Under the pieces are notes generated by a model. The model was not told the DNA's origin, did no database searches, and saw nothing but the letters and a program-made list of their open reading frames with translations. Of a stretch of 64,000 nucleotides of DNA, positions 25,801-40,361 are shown piece by piece. Within the stretch, counting starts at the first letter, position 1. Every line of letters begins with the position of its first letter. The position numbers were made by a program, and so were the translations under genes. The stretch is from Auanema rhodensis (Eukaryota; Animalia; Nematoda), in contig OZ059898.1 of NCBI GenBank assembly GCA_964057225.1, positions 16,988,001 through 17,052,000 of the forward strand. Reading direction: 5' to 3'.

Positions 25801-28800
25801 AGATTTGCGCTAGCTTAAAAATGCACCGAGATATCAACTGATATAAGTTCACACTTATATCCTCGATTTTCACCCTGAAGAATTATTATTTTCGTTGAAT
25901 AACATTGTCCATCGTCTTTGCCTTGAAAAAAGGAATCTAAAAACATCTACTTTCTGCTAAATTATTTTGAAATTTTTCGAAAAAATTTTTGTCAAAATGT
26001 TTTTGGAAGCAATGTTGAGTGTACATGGAACCTCAACATACACTAATGCATCATTTTTCAAACGATCATAACTAATTTTTGTATTAAGCGTTTCTCAATG
26101 TAGTATAGTGCATTCGATGCGGATTTTTAAGCTGCGTCGATCTGTGTTATCAGATTTGCGCTAGCTTAAAAATGCACCGAGATATGAACTGATATAAGTT
26201 CACACTTATATCCTCGATTTTCACCCTGAAGAATTATTTTTTTCGTTGAATAACATTGTCCATCGTCTTTGCCTTGAAAAAAAAAATCTAAAAACATCTA
26301 CTTTTTGCTAAATTATTCTGAAATTTTTCGAAAAAATTTTTGTCAAAATGTTTTTGGAAGCAATGTTGAGTGTACATGGAAACTCAACATACACTAATGC
26401 ATCATTTTTCAAACGATCATAACTAATTTTTGTATTAAGCGTTTCTCAATGTAGTATAGTGCATTCGATGCCGATTTTCAAGCTGCGTCGATCTGTGTTA
26501 TCAGATTTTCGCTAGCTTAAAAATGCACCGAGATATCAACTGATATAAGTTCACACTTATATCCTCGATTTTCACTCTGAAGAATTAATTTTTTCGTTGA
26601 ATAACATTGTCCATCGTCTTTGCCTTGAAAAAAGGAATCTAAAAACATCTACTTTTTGCTAAATTATTTTGAAGTTTTTCGAAAAAATTTTTGTCAAAAT
26701 GTTTTTGGAAGCAATGTTGAGTGTACATGGAAACTCAACATACACTAATGCATCATTTTTCAAACGATCATAACTAATTTTTGTATTAAGCGTTTCTCAA
26801 TGTAGTATAGTGCATTCGATGCGGATTTTCAAGCTGCGTCGATCTGTGTTATCAGATTTTCGCTAGCTTAAAAATGCATCGAGATATCAACTGATATAAG
26901 TTCACACTTATATCCTCGATTTTCACCCTGAAGAATTAATTTTTTCGTTGAATAACATTGTCCATCGTCTTTGCCTTGAAAAAAGGAATCTAAAAACATC
27001 TACTTTTTGCTAAATTATTTTGAAGTTTTTCGAAAAAATTTTTGTCAAAATGTTTTTGGAAGCAATGTTGAGTGTACATGGAAACTCAACATACACTAAT
27101 GCATCATTTTTCAAACGATCATAACTAATTTTTGTATTAAGCGTTTCTCAATGTAGTATAGTGCATTCGATGCGGATTTTTAAGCTGCGTCGATCTGTGT
27201 TATCAGATTTGCGCTAGCTTAAAAATGCACCGAGATATGAACTGATATAAGTTCACACTTATATCCTCGATTTTCACCCTGAAGAATTATTTTTTTCGTT
27301 GAATAACATTGTCCATCGTCTTTGCCTTGAAAAAAGAAATCTAAAAACATCTACTTTTTGCTAAATTATTCTGAAATTTTTCGAAAAAATTTTTGTCAAA
27401 ATGTTTTTGGAAGCAATGTTGAGTGTACATGGAAACTCAACATACACTAATGCATCATTTTTCAAACGATCATAACTAATTTTTGTATTAAGCGTTTCTC
27501 AATGTAGTATAGTGCATTCGATGCGGATTTTCAAGCTGCGTCGATCTGTGTTATCAGATTTTCGCTAGCTTAAAAATGCACCGAGATATCAACTGATATA
27601 AGATAACACTTATATCCTCGATTTTCACCCTGAAGAATTAATTTTTTCGTTGAATAACATTGTCCATCGTCTTTGCCTTGAAAAAAGGAATCTAAAAACA
27701 TCTACTTTTTGCTAAATTATTCTGAAATTTTTCGAAAAAATTTTTGTCAAAATGTTTTTGGAAGCAATGTTGAGTGTACATGGAAACTCAACATACACTA
27801 ATGCATCATTTTTCAAACGATCATAACTAATTTTTGTATTAAGCGTTTCTCAATGTAGTATAGTGCATTCGATGCGGATTTTTAAGCTGCGTCGATCTGT
27901 GTTATCAGATTTGCGCTAGCTTAAAAATGCACCGAGATATGAACTGATATAAGTTCACACTTATATCCTCGATTTTCACCCTGAAGAATTATTTTTTTCG
28001 TTGAATAACATTGTCCATCGTCTTTGCCTTGAAAAAAGAAATCTAAAAACATCTACTTTTTGCTAAATTATTCTGAAATTTTTCGAAAAAATTTTTGTCA
28101 AAATGTTTTTGGAAGCAATGTTGAGTGTACATGGAAACTCAACATACACTAATGCATCATTTTTCAAACGATCATAACTAATTTTTGTATTAAGCGTTTC
28201 TCAATGTAGTACAGTGCATTCGATGCCGATTTTCAAGCTGCGTCGATCTGTGTTATCAGATTTTCGCTAGCTTAAAAATGCACCGAGATATCAACTGATA
28301 TAAGTTCACACTTATATCCTCGATTTTCACCCTGAAGAATTAATTTTTTCGTTGAATAACATTGTCCATCGTCTTTGCCTTGAAAAAAGGAATCTAAAAA
28401 CATCTACTTTTTGCTAAATTATTCTGAAGTTTTTCGAAAAAATTTTTGTCAAAATGTTTTTGGAAGCAATGTTGAGTGTACATGGAAACTCAACATACAC
28501 TAATGCATCATTTTTCAAACGATCATAACTAATTTTTGTATTAAGCGTTTCTCAATGTAGTATAGTGCATTCGATGCGGATTTTTAAGCTGCGTCGATCT
28601 GTGTTATCAGATTTGCGCTAGCTTAAAAATGCACCGAGATATCAACTGATATAAGTTCACACTTATATCCTCGATTTTCACCCTGAAGAAATAATTTTTT
28701 CGTTGAATAACATTGTCCATCGTCTTTGCCTTGAAAAAAGGAATCTAAAAACATCTACTTTTGCTAAATTATTTTGAAGTTTTTCGAAAAAATTTTGTCA

Positions 28801-29284
28801 AAATGTTTTTGGAAGCAATGTTGAGTGTACATGGAAACTCAACATACACTAATGCATCATTTTTCAAACGATCATAACTAATTTTTGTATTAAGCGTTTC
28901 TCAATGTAGTATAGTGCATTCGATGCGGATTTTTAAACTGCGTCGATCTGTGTTATCAGATTTGCGCTAGCTTAAAAATGCACCGAGATATCAACTGATA
29001 TAAGTTCACACTTATATCCTCGATTTTCACCCTGAAGAATTATTATTTTCGTTGAATAACATTGTCCATCGTCTTTGCCTTGAAAAAAGGAATCTAAAAA
29101 CATCTACTTTCTGCTAAATTATTTTGAAATTTTTCGAAAAAATTTTTGTCAAAATGTTTTTGGAAGCAATGTTGAGTGTACATGGAACCTCAACATACAC
29201 TAATGCATCATTTTTCAAACGATCATAACTAATTTTTGTATTAAGCGTTTCTCAATGTAGTATAGTGCATTCGATGCGGATTTT
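22875..29284 (+). repeat. Tandem duplication of a 9-monomer block (3157 bp)
   Basis: Markers recur at +3157 (9 x 351 - 2): GCATCGAG 23721/26878, AAGATAAC 24445/27602, paired 1-bp deletions flanking 25623/28780, CTACTTTCTG 25954/29111, GGAACCTC 26031/29188. Boundaries are approximate. Confidence 0.93.
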
Positions 29285-29694
29285 CAAGCTGCGTCGATCT
29301 GTGTTATCAGATTTGCGCTAGCTTAAAAATGCACCGAGATATCAACTGATATAAGTTCACACTTATATCCTCGATTTTCACCCTGAAGAATTAATTTTTT
29401 TGTTGAATAACATTGTCCATCGTCTTTGCCTTGAGAAAAGGAATTTGAAAACATCTACTTTTTGCTAAATTATTTTGAAATTTTTCGAAAAAATTTTTGT
29501 CAAAATGTTTTTGGAAGCAATGTTGAGTGTACATGGAAACTCAACATACACTAATGCATCATTTTTCAAACGATCATAACTAATTTTTGTATTAAGCGTT
29601 TCTCAATGTAGTATAGTGCATTTGATGCGGATTTTTAAGCTGCGTCGATCTGTGTTATCAAATTTGCGCTAGCTTAAACATGCACCGAGATATC

Positions 29695-31145
29695 AACTGA
29701 TATAAGTTCACACTTATATCCTCGATTTTCACCCTGAAGAAATAATTTTTTCGTTGAATAACATTGTCCATCGTCTTTGCCTTGAAAAAAGGAATCTAAA
29801 AACATCTACTTTTTGCTAAATTATTCTGAAATTTTTCGAAAAAATTTTTGTCAAAATGTTTTTGGAAGCAATGTTGAGTGTACATGGAAACTCAACATAC
29901 ACTAATGCATCATTTTTCAAACGATCATAACTAATTTTTGTATTAAGCGTTTCTCAATGTAGTATAGTGCATTCGATGCGGATTTTTAAACTGCGTCGAT
30001 CTGTGTTATCAGATTTGCGCTAGCTTAAAAATGCACCGAGATATGAACTGATATAAGTTCACACTTATATCCTCGATTTTCACCCTGAAGAATTATTTTT
30101 TTCGTTGAATAACATTGTCCATCGTCTTTGCCTTGAAAAAAGAAATCTAAAAACATCTACTTTTTGTTAAATTATTCTGAAATTTTTCGAAAAAATTTTT
30201 GTCAAAATGTTTTTGGAAGCAATGTTGAGTGTACATGGAAACTCAACATACACTAATGCATCATTTTTCAAACGATCATACCTAATTTTTGTATTAAGCG
30301 TTTCTCAATGTAGTATAGTGCATTCGATGCGGATTTTCAAGCTGCGTCGATCTGTGTTATCAGATTTTCGCTAGCTTAAAAATGCACCGAGATATGAACT
30401 GATATAAGTTCACACTTATATCCTCGATTTTCACCCTGAAGAAATAATTTTTTCGTTGAATAACATTGTCCATCGTCTTTGCCTTGAAAAAAGGAATCTA
30501 AAAACATCTACTTTTTGCTAAATTATTCTGAAATTTTTCGAAAAAATTTTTGTCAAAATGTTTTTGGAAGCAATGTTGAGTGTACATGGAAACTCAACAT
30601 ACACTAATGCATCATTTTTCAAACGATCATAACTAATTTTTGTATTAAGCGTTTCTCAATGTAGTATAGTGCATTCGATGCGGATTTTTAAACTGCGTCG
30701 ATCTGTGTTATCAGATTTGCGCTAGCTTAAAAATGCACCGAGATATGAACTGATATAAGTTCACACTTATATCCTCGATTTTCACCCTGAAGAATTATTT
30801 TTTTCGTTGAATAACATTGTCCATCGTCTTTGCCTTGAAAAAAGAAATCTAAAAACATCTACTTTTTGTTAAATTATTCTGAAATTTTTCGAAAAAATTT
30901 TTGTCAAAATGTTTTTGGAAGCAATGTTGAGTGTACATGGAAACTCAACATACACTAATGCATCATTTTTCAAACGATCATACCTAATTTTTGTATTAAG
31001 CGTTTCTCAATGTAGTATAGTGCATTCGATGCGGATTTTCAAGCTGCGTCGATCTGTGTTATCAGATTTTCGCTAGCTTAAAAATGCACCGAGATATGAA
31101 CTGATATAAGTTCACACTTATATCCTCGATTTTCACCCTGAAGAA
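29695..31145 (+). repeat. Tandem duplication of a 2-monomer block (702 bp)
   Basis: Private variants TTTTGTTAA (about 30167/30869) and CATACCT (30281/30983) recur at +702. Confidence 0.88.
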
Positions 31146-33692
31146 TTATTTTTTTCGTTGAATAACATTGTCCATCGTCTTTGCCTTGAAAAAAGGAATC
31201 TAAAAACATCTACTTTTTGCTAAATTATTCTGAAATTTTTCGAAAAAATTTTTGTCAAAATGTTTTTGGAAGCAATGTTGAGTGTACATGGAAACTCAAC
31301 ATACACTAATGCATCATTTTTCAAACGATCATAACTAATTTTTGTATTAAGCGTTTCTTAATGTAGTATAATGCATTCGATGCGGATTTTTAAGCTGCGT
31401 CGATCTGTGTTATCAGATTTGCGCTAGCTTAAAAATGCACCGAGATATGAACTGATATAAGTTCACACTTATATCCTCGATTTTCACCCTGAAGAATTAT
31501 TTTTTTCGTTGAATAACATTGTCCATCGTCTTTGCCTTGAAAAAAGGAATCTAAAAACATCTACTTTTTGCTAAATTATTTTGAAATTTTTCGAAAAAAT
31601 TTTTGTCAAAATGTTTTTGGAAGCAATGTTGAGTGTACATGGAAACTCAACATACACTAATGCATCATTTTTCAAACGATCATAACTAATTTTTGTATTA
31701 AGCGTTTCTCAATGTAGTATAGTGCATTCGATGCGGATTTTTAAACTGCGTCGATCTGTGTTATCAAATTTGCGCTAGCTTAAAAATGCACCGAGATATC
31801 AACTGATATAAGTTCACACTTATATCCTCGATTTTCACCCTGAAGAAATAATTTTTTCGTTGAATAACATTGTCCATCGTCTTTGCCTTGAAAAAAGGAA
31901 TCTAAAAACATCTACTTTTTGCTAAATTATTCTGAAATTTTTCGAAAAAATTTTTGTCAAAATGTTTTTGGAAGCAATGTTGAGTGTACATGGAAACTCA
32001 ACATACACTAATGCATCATTTTTCAAACGATCATAACTAATTTTTGTATTAAGCGTTTCTCAATGTAGTATAGTGCATTCGATGCGGATTTTTAAACTGC
32101 GTCGATCTGTGTTATCAGATTTGCGCTAGCTTAAAAATGCACCGAGATATGAACTGATATAAGTTCACACTTATATCCTCGATTTTCACCCTGAAGAATT
32201 ATTTTTTTCGTTGAATAACATTGTCCATCGTCTTTGCCTTGAAAAAAGAAATCTAAAAACATCTACTTTTTGCTAAATTATTCTGAAATTTTTCGAAAAA
32301 ATTTTTGTCAAAATGTTTTTGGAAGCAATGTTGAGTGTACATGGAAACTCAACATACACTAATGCATCATTTTTCAAACGATCATAACTAATTTTTGTAT
32401 TAAGCGTTTCTCAATGTAGTATAGTGCATTCGATGCGGATTTTCAAGCTGCGTCGATCTGTGTTATCAGATTTTCGCTAGCTTAAAAATGCACCGAGATA
32501 TGAACTGATATAAGTTCACACTTATATCCTCGATTTTCACCCTGAAGAATTATTTTTTTCGTTGAATAACATTGTCCATCGTCTTTGCCTTGAAAAAAGA
32601 AATCTAAAAACATCTACTTTTTGCTAAATTATTCTGAAATTTTTCGAAAAAATTTTTGTCAAAATGTTTTTGGAAGCAATGTTGAGTGTACATGGAAACT
32701 CAACATACACTAATGCATCATTTTTCAAACGATCATAACTAATTTTTGTATTAAGCGTTTCTCAATGTAGTATAGTGCATTCGATGCGGATTTTTAAACT
32801 GCGTCGATCTGTGTTATCAGATTTGCGCTAGCTTAAAAATGCACCGAGATATGAACTGATATAAGTTCACACTTATATCCTCGATTTTCACCCTGAAGAA
32901 TTATTTTTTTCGTTGAATAACATTGTCCATCGTCTTTGCCTTGAAAAAAGAAATCTAAAAACATCTACTTTTTGCTAAATTATTCTGAAATTTTTCGAAA
33001 AAATTTTTGTCAAAATGTTTTTGGAAGCAATGTTGAGTGTACATGGAAACTCAACATACACTAATGCATCATTTTTCAAACGATCATAACTAATTTTTGT
33101 ATTAAGCGTTTCTCAATGTAGTATAGTGCATTCGATGCGGATTTTCAAGCTGCGTCGATCTGTGTTATCAGATTTTCGCTAGCTTTAAAATGCACCGAGA
33201 TATGAACTGATATAAGTTCACACTTATATCCTCGATTTTCACCCTGAAGAATTATTTTTTTCGTTGAATAACATTGTCCATCGTCTTTGCCTTGAAAAAA
33301 GAAATCTAAAAACATCTACTTTTTGCTAAATTATTCTGAAATTTTTCGAAAAAATTTTTGTCAAAATGTTTTTGGAAGCAATGTTGAGTGTACATGGAAA
33401 CTCAACATACACTACTGCATCATTTTTCAAACGATCATAACTAATTTTTGTATTAAGCGTTTCTCAATGTAGTATAGTGCATTCGATGCGGATTTTCAAG
33501 CTGCGTCGATCTGTGTTATCAGATTTTCGTTAGCTTAAAAATGCACCGAGATATCAACTGATATAAGTTCACACTTATATCCTCGATTTTCACCCTGAAG
33601 AATTAATTTTTTCGTTGAATAACATTGTCCATCGTCTTTGCCTTGAAAAAAGGAATCTAAAAACATCTACTTTTTGCTAAATTATTCTGAAA

Positions 33693-36600
33693 TTTTTCGA
33701 AAAAATTTTTGTCAAAATGTTTTTGGAAGCAATGTTGAGTGTACATGGAAACTCAACATACACTAATGCATCATTTTTCAAACGATCATAACTAATTTTT
33801 GTATTAAGCGTTTCTCAATGTAGTATAGTGCATTCGATGCGGATTTTTAAGCTGCGTCGATCTGTGTTATCAGATTTGCGCTAGCTTAAAAATGCACCGA
33901 GATATGAACTGATATAAGTTCACACTTATATCCTCGATTTTCACCCTGAAGAATTATTTTTTTCGTTGAATAACATTGTCCATCGTCTTTGCCTTGAAAA
34001 AAGAAATCTAAAAACATCTACTTTTTGCTAAATTATTCTGAAATTTTTCGAAAAAATTTTTGTCAAAATGTTTTTGGAAGCAATGTTGAGTGTACATGGA
34101 AACTCAACATACACTAATGCATCATTTTTCAAACGATCATAACTAATTTTTGTATTAAGCGTTTCTCAATGTAGTATAGTGCATTCGATGCCGATTTTCA
34201 AGCTGCGTCGATCTGTGTTATCAGATTTTCGCTAGCTTAAAAATGCACCGAGATATCAACTGATATAAGTTCACACTTATATCCTCGATTTTCACTCTGA
34301 AGAATTAATTTTTTCGTTGAATAACATTGTCCATCGTCTTTGCCTTGAAAAAAGGAATCTAAAAACATCTACTTTTTGCTAAATTATTTTGAAGTTTTTC
34401 GAAAAAATTTTTGTCAAAATGTTTTTGGAAGCAATGTTGAGTGTACATGGAAACTCAACATACACTAATGCATCATTTTTCAAACGATCATAACTAATTT
34501 TTGTATTAAGCGTTTCTCAATGTAGTATAGTGCATTCGATGCGGATTTTCAAGCTGCGTCGATCTGTGTTATCAGATTTGCGCTAGCTTAAAAATGCACC
34601 GAGATATGAACTGATATAAGTTCACACTTATATCCTCGATTTTCACCCTGAAGAATTATTTTTTTCGTTGAATAACATTGTCCATCGTCTTTGCCTTGAA
34701 AAAAGAAATCTAAAAACATCTACTTTTTGCTAAATTATTCTGAAATTTTTCGAAAAAATTTTTGTCAAAATGTTTTTGGAAGCAATGTTGAGTGTACATG
34801 GAAACTCAACATACACTAATGCATCATTTTTCAAACGATCATAACTAATTTTTGTATTAAGCGTTTCTCAATGTAGTATAGTGCATTCGATGCCGATTTT
34901 CAAGCTGCGTCGATCTGTGTTATCAGATTTTCGCTAGCTTAAAAATGCACCGAGATATCAACTGATATAAGTTCACACTTATATCCTCGATTTTCACTCT
35001 GAAGAATTAATTTTTTCGTTGAATAACATTGTCCATCGTCTTTGCCTTGAAAAAAGGAATCTAAAAACATCTACTTTTTGCTAAATTATTTTGAAGTTTT
35101 TCGAAAAAATTTTTGTCAAAATGTTTTTGGAAGCAATGTTGAGTGTACATGGAAACTCAACATACACTAATGCATCATTTTTCAAACGATCATAACTAAT
35201 TTTTGTATTAAGCGTTTCTCAATGTAGTATAGTGCATTCGATGCGGATTTTCAAGCTGCGTCGATCTGTGTTATCAGATTTTCGCTAGCTTAAAAATGCA
35301 CCGAGATATCAACTGATATAAGTTCACACTTATATCCTCGATTTTCACCCTGAAGAATTAATTTTTTCGTTGAATAACATTGTCCATCGTCTTTGCCTTG
35401 AAAAAAGGAATCTAAAAACATCTACTTTTTGCTAAATTATTTTGAAGTTTTTCGAAAAAATTTTTGTCAAAATGTTTTTGGAAGCAATGTTGAGTGTACA
35501 TGGAAACTCAACATACACTAATGCATCATTTTTCAAACGATCATAACTAATTTTTGTATTAAGCGTTTCTCAATGTAGTATAGTGCATTCGATGCGGATT
35601 TTTAAGCTGCGTCGATCTGTGTTATCAGATTTGCGCTAGCTTAAAAATGCACCGAGATATGAACTGATATAAGTTCACACTTATATCCTCGATTTTCACC
35701 CTGAAGAATTATTTTTTTCGTTGAATAACATTGTCCATCGTCTTTGCCTTGAAAAAAGAAATCTAAAAACATCTACTTTTTGCTAAATTATTCTGAAATT
35801 TTTCGAAAAAATTTTTGTCAAAATGTTTTTGGAAGCAATGTTGAGTGTACATGGAAACTCAACATACACTAATGCATCATTTTTCAAACGATCATAACTA
35901 ATTTTTGTATTAAGCGTTTCTCAATGTAGTATAGTGCATTCGATGCCGATTTTCAAGCTGCGTCGATCTGTGTTATCAGATTTTCGCTAGCTTAAAAATG
36001 CACCGAGATATCAACTGATATAAGTTCACACTTATATCCTCGATTTTCACTCTGAAGAATTAATTTTTTCGTTGAATAACATTGTCCATCGTCTTTGCCT
36101 TGAAAAAAGGAATCTAAAAACATCTACTTTTTGCTAAATTATTTTGAAGTTTTTCGAAAAAATTTTTGTCAAAATGTTTTTGGAAGCAATGTTGAGTGTA
36201 CATGGAAACTCAACATACACTAATGCATCATTTTTCAAACGATCATAACTAATTTTTGTATTAAGCGTTTCTCAATGTAGTATAGTGCATTCGATGCGGA
36301 TTTTCAAGCTGCGTCGATCTGTGTTATCAGATTTGCGCTAGCTTAAAAATGCACCGAGATATGAACTGATATAAGTTCACACTTATATCCTCGATTTTCA
36401 CCCTGAAGAATTATTTTTTTCGTTGAATAACATTGTCCATCGTCTTTGCCTTGAAAAAAGAAATCTAAAAACATCTACTTTTTGCTAAATTATTCTGAAA
36501 TTTTTCGAAAAAATTTTTGTCAAAATGTTTTTGGAAGCAATGTTGAGTGTACATGGAAACTCAACATACACTAATGCATCATTTTTCAAACGATCATAAC

Positions 36601-39600
36601 TAATTTTTGTATTAAGCGTTTCTCAATGTAGTATAGTGCATTCGATGCCGATTTTCAAGCTGCGTCGATCTGTGTTATCAGATTTTCGCTAGCTTAAAAA
36701 TGCACCGAGATATCAACTGATATAAGTTCACACTTATATCCTCGATTTTCACTCTGAAGAATTAATTTTTTCGTTGAATAACATTGTCCATCGTCTTTGC
36801 CTTGAAAAAAGGAATCTAAAAACATCTACTTTTTGCTAAATTATTTTGAAGTTTTTCGAAAAAATTTTTGTCAAAATGTTTTTGGAAGCAATGTTGAGTG
36901 TACATGGAAACTCAACATACACTAATGCATCATTTTTCAAACGATCATAACTAATTTTTGTATTAAGCGTTTCTCAATGTAGTATAGTGCATTCGATGCG
37001 GATTTTCAAGCTGCGTCGATCTGTGTTATCAGATTTTCGCTAGCTTAAAAATGCACCGAGATATCAACTGATATAAGTTCACACTTATATCCTCGATTTT
37101 CACCCTGAAGAATTAATTTTTTCGTTGAATAACATTGTCCATCGTCTTTGCCTTGAAAAAAGGAATCTAAAAACATCTACTTTTTGCTAAATTATTTTGA
37201 AGTTTTTCGAAAAAATTTTTGTCAAAATGTTTTTGGAAGCAATGTTGAGTGTACATGGAAACTCAACATACACTAATGCATCATTTTTCAAACGATCATA
37301 ACTAATTTTTGTATTAAGCGTTTCTCAATGTAGTATAGTGCATTCGATGCGGATTTTTAAGCTGCGTCGATCTGTGTTATCAGATTTGCGCTAGCTTAAA
37401 AATGCACCGAGATATGAACTGATATAAGTTCACACTTATATCCTCGATTTTCACCCTGAAGAATTATTTTTTTCGTTGAATAACATTGTCCATCGTCTTT
37501 GCCTTGAAAAAAGAAATCTAAAAACATCTACTTTTTGCTAAATTATTCTGAAATTTTTCGAAAAAATTTTTGTCAAAATGTTTTTGGAAGCAATGTTGAG
37601 TGTACATGGAAACTCAACATACACTAATGCATCATTTTTCAAACGATCATAACTAATTTTTGTATTAAGCGTTTCTCAATGTAGTATAGTGCATTCGATG
37701 CGGATTTTCAAGCTGCGTCGATCTGTGTTATCAGATTTTCGCTAGCTTAAAAATGCACCGAGATATCAACTGATATAAGTTCACACTTATATCCTCGATT
37801 TTCACCCTGAAGAATTAATTTTTTCGTTGAATAACATTGTCCATCGTCTTTGCCTTGAAAAAAGGAATCTAAAAACATCTACTTTTTGCTAAATTATTCT
37901 GAAATTTTTCGAAAAAATTTTTGTCAAAATGTTTTTGGAAGCAATGTTGAGTGTACATGGAAACTCAACATACACTAATGCATCATTTTTCAAACGATCA
38001 TAACTAATTTTTGTATTAAGCGTTTCTCAATGTAGTATAGTGCATTCGATGCGGATTTTTAAGCTGCGTCGATCTGTGTTATCAGATTTGCGCTAGCTTA
38101 AAAATGCACCGAGATATGAACTGATATAAGTTCACACTTATATCCTCGATTTTCACCCTGAAGAATTATTTTTTTCGTTGAATAACATTGTCCATCGTCT
38201 TTGCCTTGAAAAAAGAAATCTAAAAACATCTACTTTTTGCTAAATTATTCTGAAATTTTTCGAAAAAATTTTTGTCAAAATGTTTTTGGAAGCAATGTTG
38301 AGTGTACATGGAAACTCAACATACACTAATGCATCATTTTTCAAACGATCATAACTAATTTTTGTATTAAGCGTTTCTCAATGTAGTATAGTGCATTCGA
38401 TGCGGATTTTCAAGCTGCGTCGATCTGTGTTATCAGATTTGCGCTAGCTTAAAAATGCACCGAGATATGAACTGATATAAGTTCACACTTATATCCTCGA
38501 TTTTCACCCTGAAGAATTATTTTTTTCGTTGAATAACATTGTCCATCGTCTTTGCCTTGAAAAAAGAAATCTAAAAACATCTACTTTTTGCTAAATTATT
38601 CTGAAATTTTTCGAAAAAATTTTTGTCAAAATGTTTTTGGAAGCAATGTTGAGTGTACATGGAAACTCAACATACACTAATGCATCATTTTTCAAACGAT
38701 CATAACTAATTTTTGTATTAAGCGTTTCTCAATGTAGTATAGTGCATTCGATGCCGATTTTCAAGCTGCGTCGATCTGTGTTATCAGATTTTCGCTAGCT
38801 TAAAAATGCACCGAGATATCAACTGATATAAGTTCACACTTATATCCTCGATTTTCACTCTGAAGAATTAATTTTTTCGTTGAATAACATTGTCCATCGT
38901 CTTTGCCTTGAAAAAAGGAATCTAAAAACATCTACTTTTTGCTAAATTATTTTGAAGTTTTTCGAAAAAATTTTTGTCAAAATGTTTTTGGAAGCAATGT
39001 TGAGTGTACATGGAAACTCAACATACACTAATGCATCATTTTTCAAACGATCATAACTAATTTTTGTATTAAGCGTTTCTCAATGTAGTATAGTGCATTC
39101 GATGCGGATTTTCAAGCTGCGTCGATCTGTGTTATCAGATTTTCGCTAGCTTAAAAATGCACCGAGATATCAACTGATATAAGTTCACACTTATATCCTC
39201 GATTTTCACCCTGAAGAATTAATTTTTTCGTTGAATAACATTGTCCATCGTCTTTGCCTTGAAAAAAGGAATCTAAAAACATCTACTTTTTGCTAAATTA
39301 TTTTGAAGTTTTTCGAAAAAATTTTTGTCAAAATGTTTTTGGAAGCAATGTTGAGTGTACATGGAAACTCAACATACACTAATGCATCATTTTTCAAACG
39401 ATCATAACTAATTTTTGTATTAAGCGTTTCTCAATGTAGTATAGTGCATTCGATGCGGATTTTTAAGCTGCGTCGATCTGTGTTATCAGATTTGCGCTAG
39501 CTTAAAAATGCACCGAGATATGAACTGATATAAGTTCACACTTATATCCTCGATTTTCACCCTGAAGAATTATTTTTTTCGTTGAATAACATTGTCCATC

Positions 39601-40361
39601 GTCTTTGCCTTGAAAAAAGAAATCTAAAAACATCTACTTTTTGCTAAATTATTCTGAAATTTTTCGAAAAAATTTTTGTCAAAATGTTTTTGGAAGCAAT
39701 GTTGAGTGTACATGGAAACTCAACATACACTAATGCATCATTTTTCAAACGATCATAACTAATTTTTGTATTAAGCGTTTCTCAATGTAGTATAGTGCAT
39801 TCGATGCGGATTTTCAAGCTGCGTCGATCTGTGTTATCAGATTTTCGCTAGCTTAAAAATGCACCGAGATATCAACTGATATAAGTTCACACTTATATCC
39901 TCGATTTTCACCCTGAAGAATTAATTTTTTCGTTGAATAACATTGTCCATCGTCTTTGCCTTGAAAAAAGGAATCTAAAAACATCTACTTTTTGCTAAAT
40001 TATTCTGAAATTTTTCGAAAAAATTTTTGTCAAAATGTTTTTGGAAGCAATGTTGAGTGTACATGGAAACTCAACATACACTAATGCATCATTTTTCAAA
40101 CGATCATAACTAATTTTTGTATTAAGCGTTTCTCAATGTAGTATAGTGCATTCGATGCGGATTTTTAAGCTGCGTCGATCTGTGTTATCAGATTTGCGCT
40201 AGCTTAAAAATGCACCGAGATATGAACTGATATAAGTTCACACTTATATCCTCGATTTTCACCCTGAAGAATTATTTTTTTCGTTGAATAACATTGTCCA
40301 TCGTCTTTGCCTTGAAAAAAGAAATCTAAAAACATCTACTTTTTGCTAAATTATTCTGAAA
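33693..40361 (+). repeat. Overlapping 5-mer (1755 bp) and 6-mer (2106 bp) duplications
   Basis: The GATGCCGA + TTCACTCT monomer marker lies at 34296, 34998, 36051, 36753 and 38859 (spacings 702, 1053, 702, 2106). Monomer haplotype order matches for 33693-35447 vs 35448-37202 and for 36150-38255 vs 38256-40361. Confidence 0.82.
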
